From: Bacteroidota bacterium
GTDB lineage: Bacteria > Bacteroidota > Bacteroidia > UKL13-3
DNA: 64,000 nucleotides
Assembly (NCBI GenBank): GCA_947464275.1
Contig: CANHVU010000014.1
Location: forward strand, 10,324 to 74,323
Reading direction: 5' to 3'
Of the stretch, positions 61,176-64,000 are shown piece after piece. Position 1 is the stretch's first letter. Every line of letters begins with the position of its first letter. The notes under the pieces were generated by a model, which worked only from the letters and a program-made list of their open reading frames with translations, had not been told where the DNA came from and searched no databases. A program made the position numbers and the translations under genes.

Positions 61176-64000
61176 ATGTTAGATAAAATAAAAGAATTTA
61201 AGCCCTCGAGTTGGGCTATAGATAACAAAACAAGCATTTATATTATGACCATTATTATAACCTTAGCTGGTTTAATGAGTTATAATAGCTTGCCAAAAGA
61301 ACAATTTCCGGAGGTAGTATTTCCGCAAATTATTGTTAGTACTGTTCAGGCTGGAACATCGCCTAAGGATATGGAAAACATTGTAACCAAACATTTAGAA
61401 AAGAGTTTAAAATCTATTTCGGGTGTTAAAAAAATTACAAGTAATACCATACAAAACATCAGTTTAATTACTGTTGAATTTAATACCGATGTGCAAATTC
61501 CAATTGCAAAGCAAAGGGTAAAAGATCAAGTAGATAAAGCGCGTAAAGATTTACCTCAGGTACTTACTAGCGAACCTTCGGTAATGGAAATTGATGTATC
61601 GCAAATGCCTATTATGTTTGTGCATTTATCGGGCGATTATCCTTTAGACAAGCTAAAAGTTTATGCCGAAGATTTACAAGATAGAATTGAAGGTTTAAAG
61701 GAAATTACGCGTGCCGATATAGTTGGAGCATTAGATAGAGAGGTACAAATTAACCTTGATATGTATAAAATGCAATCGGCTGATGTAGCTATGTACGATG
61801 TTATGCAAGCTATTGGTAATGAAAATGTTACTATTAGTGGTGGTTCTGTTAAAATGGATGGCTTATTACGTGAAATTAACGTGATTGGTCAGTATGCCGA
61901 TCCTAAAAAAATAGGCGATTTAACCATTCGTTCGGCTAGCGGAGCTATAGTTTACTTGCGCGATATTGCAGAAGTAAAAGATGGTTTTAAAGAGCAAGAA
62001 AGTTTTGCACGTTTAGAACATAAAAATGTAATTACTTTAAATATAGTAAAAAAGAGTGGTCAAAACTTAATTGATGCCAGTGATAAAATTAGAAAATTAA
62101 CTGAAGAGTTAAAAGAAAGTCATTTTCCTAAAGGCTTAAAAATTACCGTTACAGGCGATCAATCAGATAAAACACGTGTAACCTTGCACGATTTGATTAA
62201 CACCATTGTTATTGGTTTTATATTGGTAACTGTAATCTTAATGTTTTTTATGGGAGCTACCAATGCTTTGTTTGTGGCTATGTCAGTACCTTTATCAATG
62301 GCTGTTGCATTTTTAGTATTACCAAGTTTAGGTTTTACTTTAAATATGATTGTATTATTTGCTTTCTTACTCGCATTGGGTATTGTGGTGGATGATGCCA
62401 TTGTTGTAATTGAAAATACGCATCGTATTTTTGAAAATGGAAAGGTGCCAATTAAAAAGGCTGCCAAACTAGCGGCAGGAGAGGTGTTTTTACCTGTACT
62501 TTCAGGAACCTTAACTACCTTAGCTCCATTTATTCCATTGGCATTTTGGCAAGGTGTAATTGGTAAATTCATGTTCTTTTTACCAGTAACTTTAATTATT
62601 ACCTTATTGGCTTCGTTGGTGGTTGCATATATTATCAATCCTGTATTTGCAGTTGATTTTATGAAAACCCACGAGGAAGAAGCTGAAGAACGTAAAAATA
62701 CCAAAGGTTTTAAAATTACTTCGGTTGTATTTGCGGTAATTGCTTTGGTATCCTATTTATCAGGTAATTTTGGTTTAGGTAATTTTACTGTTGTTATTTA
62801 CTTATTGTATTGCTTAAATCGTTTTGTGTTATACAAAACCATTGGAGCATTCCAAAATAAAACTTGGCCAAGTATTCAAGAAAAATACCGCCAATTAATT
62901 ACTTGGTGTTTAGCTAAAAGACGTCCAGTATGGATTTTAGTTGGAACAATTGGTTTATTATTCTTTAGTTTCTTCTTAGTTTCTGTTCGCTCGCCTAAAA
63001 TTGTATTCTTTCCTCAAGCGTCACCTAATTTTGTTTATACTTATATTCAAATGCCTGTAGGCACCGACCAAGTTAAAACTGATTCGATTACCAAAATTGT
63101 AGAAGAAAGAATTTACAAAACAATTGGAAATAGCAATAAAATTGTAGAGTCGGTTATTTCAAATGTAGCTATTGGTGCAGGCGATCCAAGTCAGTTTGAA
63201 GCAGGAGCTCAATCGCATTTAGGTAAAGTAACTGTTGCTTTTGTGGAGTTTGGAAAACGTAATGGCGAAGAAACATTGGATTATTTGGATAAAATTAGAA
63301 AAGCTGTAAGTGATATTCCTGGTGCACAAATTACAGTGGAACAAGAACAAGGTGGACCTCCAACTGGTAAGCCTGTTAATATTGAAATTATTGGTGATGA
63401 TTTTAATGAGTTAACCGCAGTTTCTAAAGATTTAAAACGTTACTTAGATTCATTACAAATTCCTGGAGTAGAAGAGTTAAAATCAGATTTGATTACTAAT
63501 AAACCAGAAATTTTAATTGAAATTGATAGAGAACGTGCTAACCGCGAAGGCATTACTTCTGCTCAAATTGGCCAAGCTTTACGTGGTGCTATTTTTGGTA
63601 TTGAAGTATCTAAATTTAAAGATGCCAACGATGATTATCCAATTCAAGTGCGTTACAACGAAAGCCAACGTAACAATATTGATGCATTGATGAATTTAAA
63701 AATTACCTACCGCGATATGAATATGGGTGGCATGTTACGTTCTGTTCCATTATCATCGGTTGCTAAGTTAAAATACAGCCAAACTTATGGTGGTATTAAA
63801 CGTAAAAATCAAAAACGTTTGGTTACTTTAGGTTCAAATGTACTTACAGGTTACAATGCTAACGAAGTGGTTGATGCTGTTAAAAAAGAAGTAGCTAAAT
63901 TTAACTTACCTACTACAGTAACGGTTGATATGACAGGTGAACAAGAGCAACAGGCAGAAACGGGTTCATTCCTAGGTAAAGCTATGTTAATTTCATTAGG
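61176..64000 (+). CDS. RND efflux permease (AcrB/AcrD/AcrF family), truncated by the window end
   Basis: ATG at 61176, MLDKIKEFKPSSWAIDNK...LPKEQFPEV; LALGIVVDDAIVVIEN near 62370-62420; not in the ORF track because it has no stop in the window. Confidence 0.93.
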   Translation, partial: MLDKIKEFKPSSWAIDNKTSIYIMTIIITLAGLMSYNSLPKEQFPEVVFPQIIVSTVQAGTSPKDMENIVTKHLEKSLKSISGVKKITSNTIQNISLITVEFNTDVQIPIAKQRVKDQVDKARKDLPQVLTSEPSVMEIDVSQMPIMFVHLSGDYPLDKLKVYAEDLQDRIEGLKEITRADIVGALDREVQINLDMYKMQSADVAMYDVMQAIGNENVTISGGSVKMDGLLREINVIGQYADPKKIGDLTIRSASGAIVYLRDIAEVKDGFKEQESFARLEHKNVITLNIVKKSGQNLIDASDKIRKLTEELKESHFPKGLKITVTGDQSDKTRVTLHDLINTIVIGFILVTVILMFFMGATNALFVAMSVPLSMAVAFLVLPSLGFTLNMIVLFAFLLALGIVVDDAIVVIENTHRIFENGKVPIKKAAKLAAGEVFLPVLSGTLTTLAPFIPLAFWQGVIGKFMFFLPVTLIITLLASLVVAYIINPVFAVDFMKTHEEEAEERKNTKGFKITSVVFAVIALVSYLSGNFGLGNFTVVIYLLYCLNRFVLYKTIGAFQNKTWPSIQEKYRQLITWCLAKRRPVWILVGTIGLLFFSFFLVSVRSPKIVFFPQASPNFVYTYIQMPVGTDQVKTDSITKIVEERIYKTIGNSNKIVESVISNVAIGAGDPSQFEAGAQSHLGKVTVAFVEFGKRNGEETLDYLDKIRKAVSDIPGAQITVEQEQGGPPTGKPVNIEIIGDDFNELTAVSKDLKRYLDSLQIPGVEELKSDLITNKPEILIEIDRERANREGITSAQIGQALRGAIFGIEVSKFKDANDDYPIQVRYNESQRNNIDALMNLKITYRDMNMGGMLRSVPLSSVAKLKYSQTYGGIKRKNQKRLVTLGSNVLTGYNANEVVDAVKKEVAKFNLPTTVTVDMTGEQEQQAETGSFLGKAMLISL

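Noticed and set aside
62159-62704. 181-aa minus-strand ORF
   Set aside because: Antisense shadow of the RND permease. The same applies to other antisense ORFs such as 4511, 12248, 15545, 15902, 25696, 45541, 47818, 50757 and 55717.

Overview
AT-rich bacterial chromosomal window, most likely Bacteroidota: it has T9SS C-terminal sorting domains, a PorV/PorQ-family gene and TAnnTTTG -7 promoter boxes. The backbone is ordinary: acyl-CoA dehydrogenase, NifU/Mrp, purD, gcvT, hflX, tRNA-Leu/tRNA-Gly, ftsE, oxyR-katG, pdhB, rnz and a TetR-TolC-MFP-RND efflux operon that runs off the right edge. The unusual part is the intergenic DNA. There are two stand-alone Y1/HUH transposase genes, each embedded in its own palindromic repeat family. 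(1) An IS200-like tnpA (23131-23568) sits inside same-orientation tandem arrays of a ~126-bp unit carrying three hairpins, with satellite copies at ~19.0 and ~21.1 kb. (2) A RAYT-like gene (39049-39567) is flanked by REPs and by ~142-bp direct repeats next to tRNA-Leu. A long-loop relative of the second REP, or its linker, occurs at every gene junction of a co-oriented accessory gene run at 7.0-10.2 kb, which looks like an integrase-free cassette array. Two antitoxin-like genes lack their toxins. All product calls come from motif recognition by eye; no database search was run.
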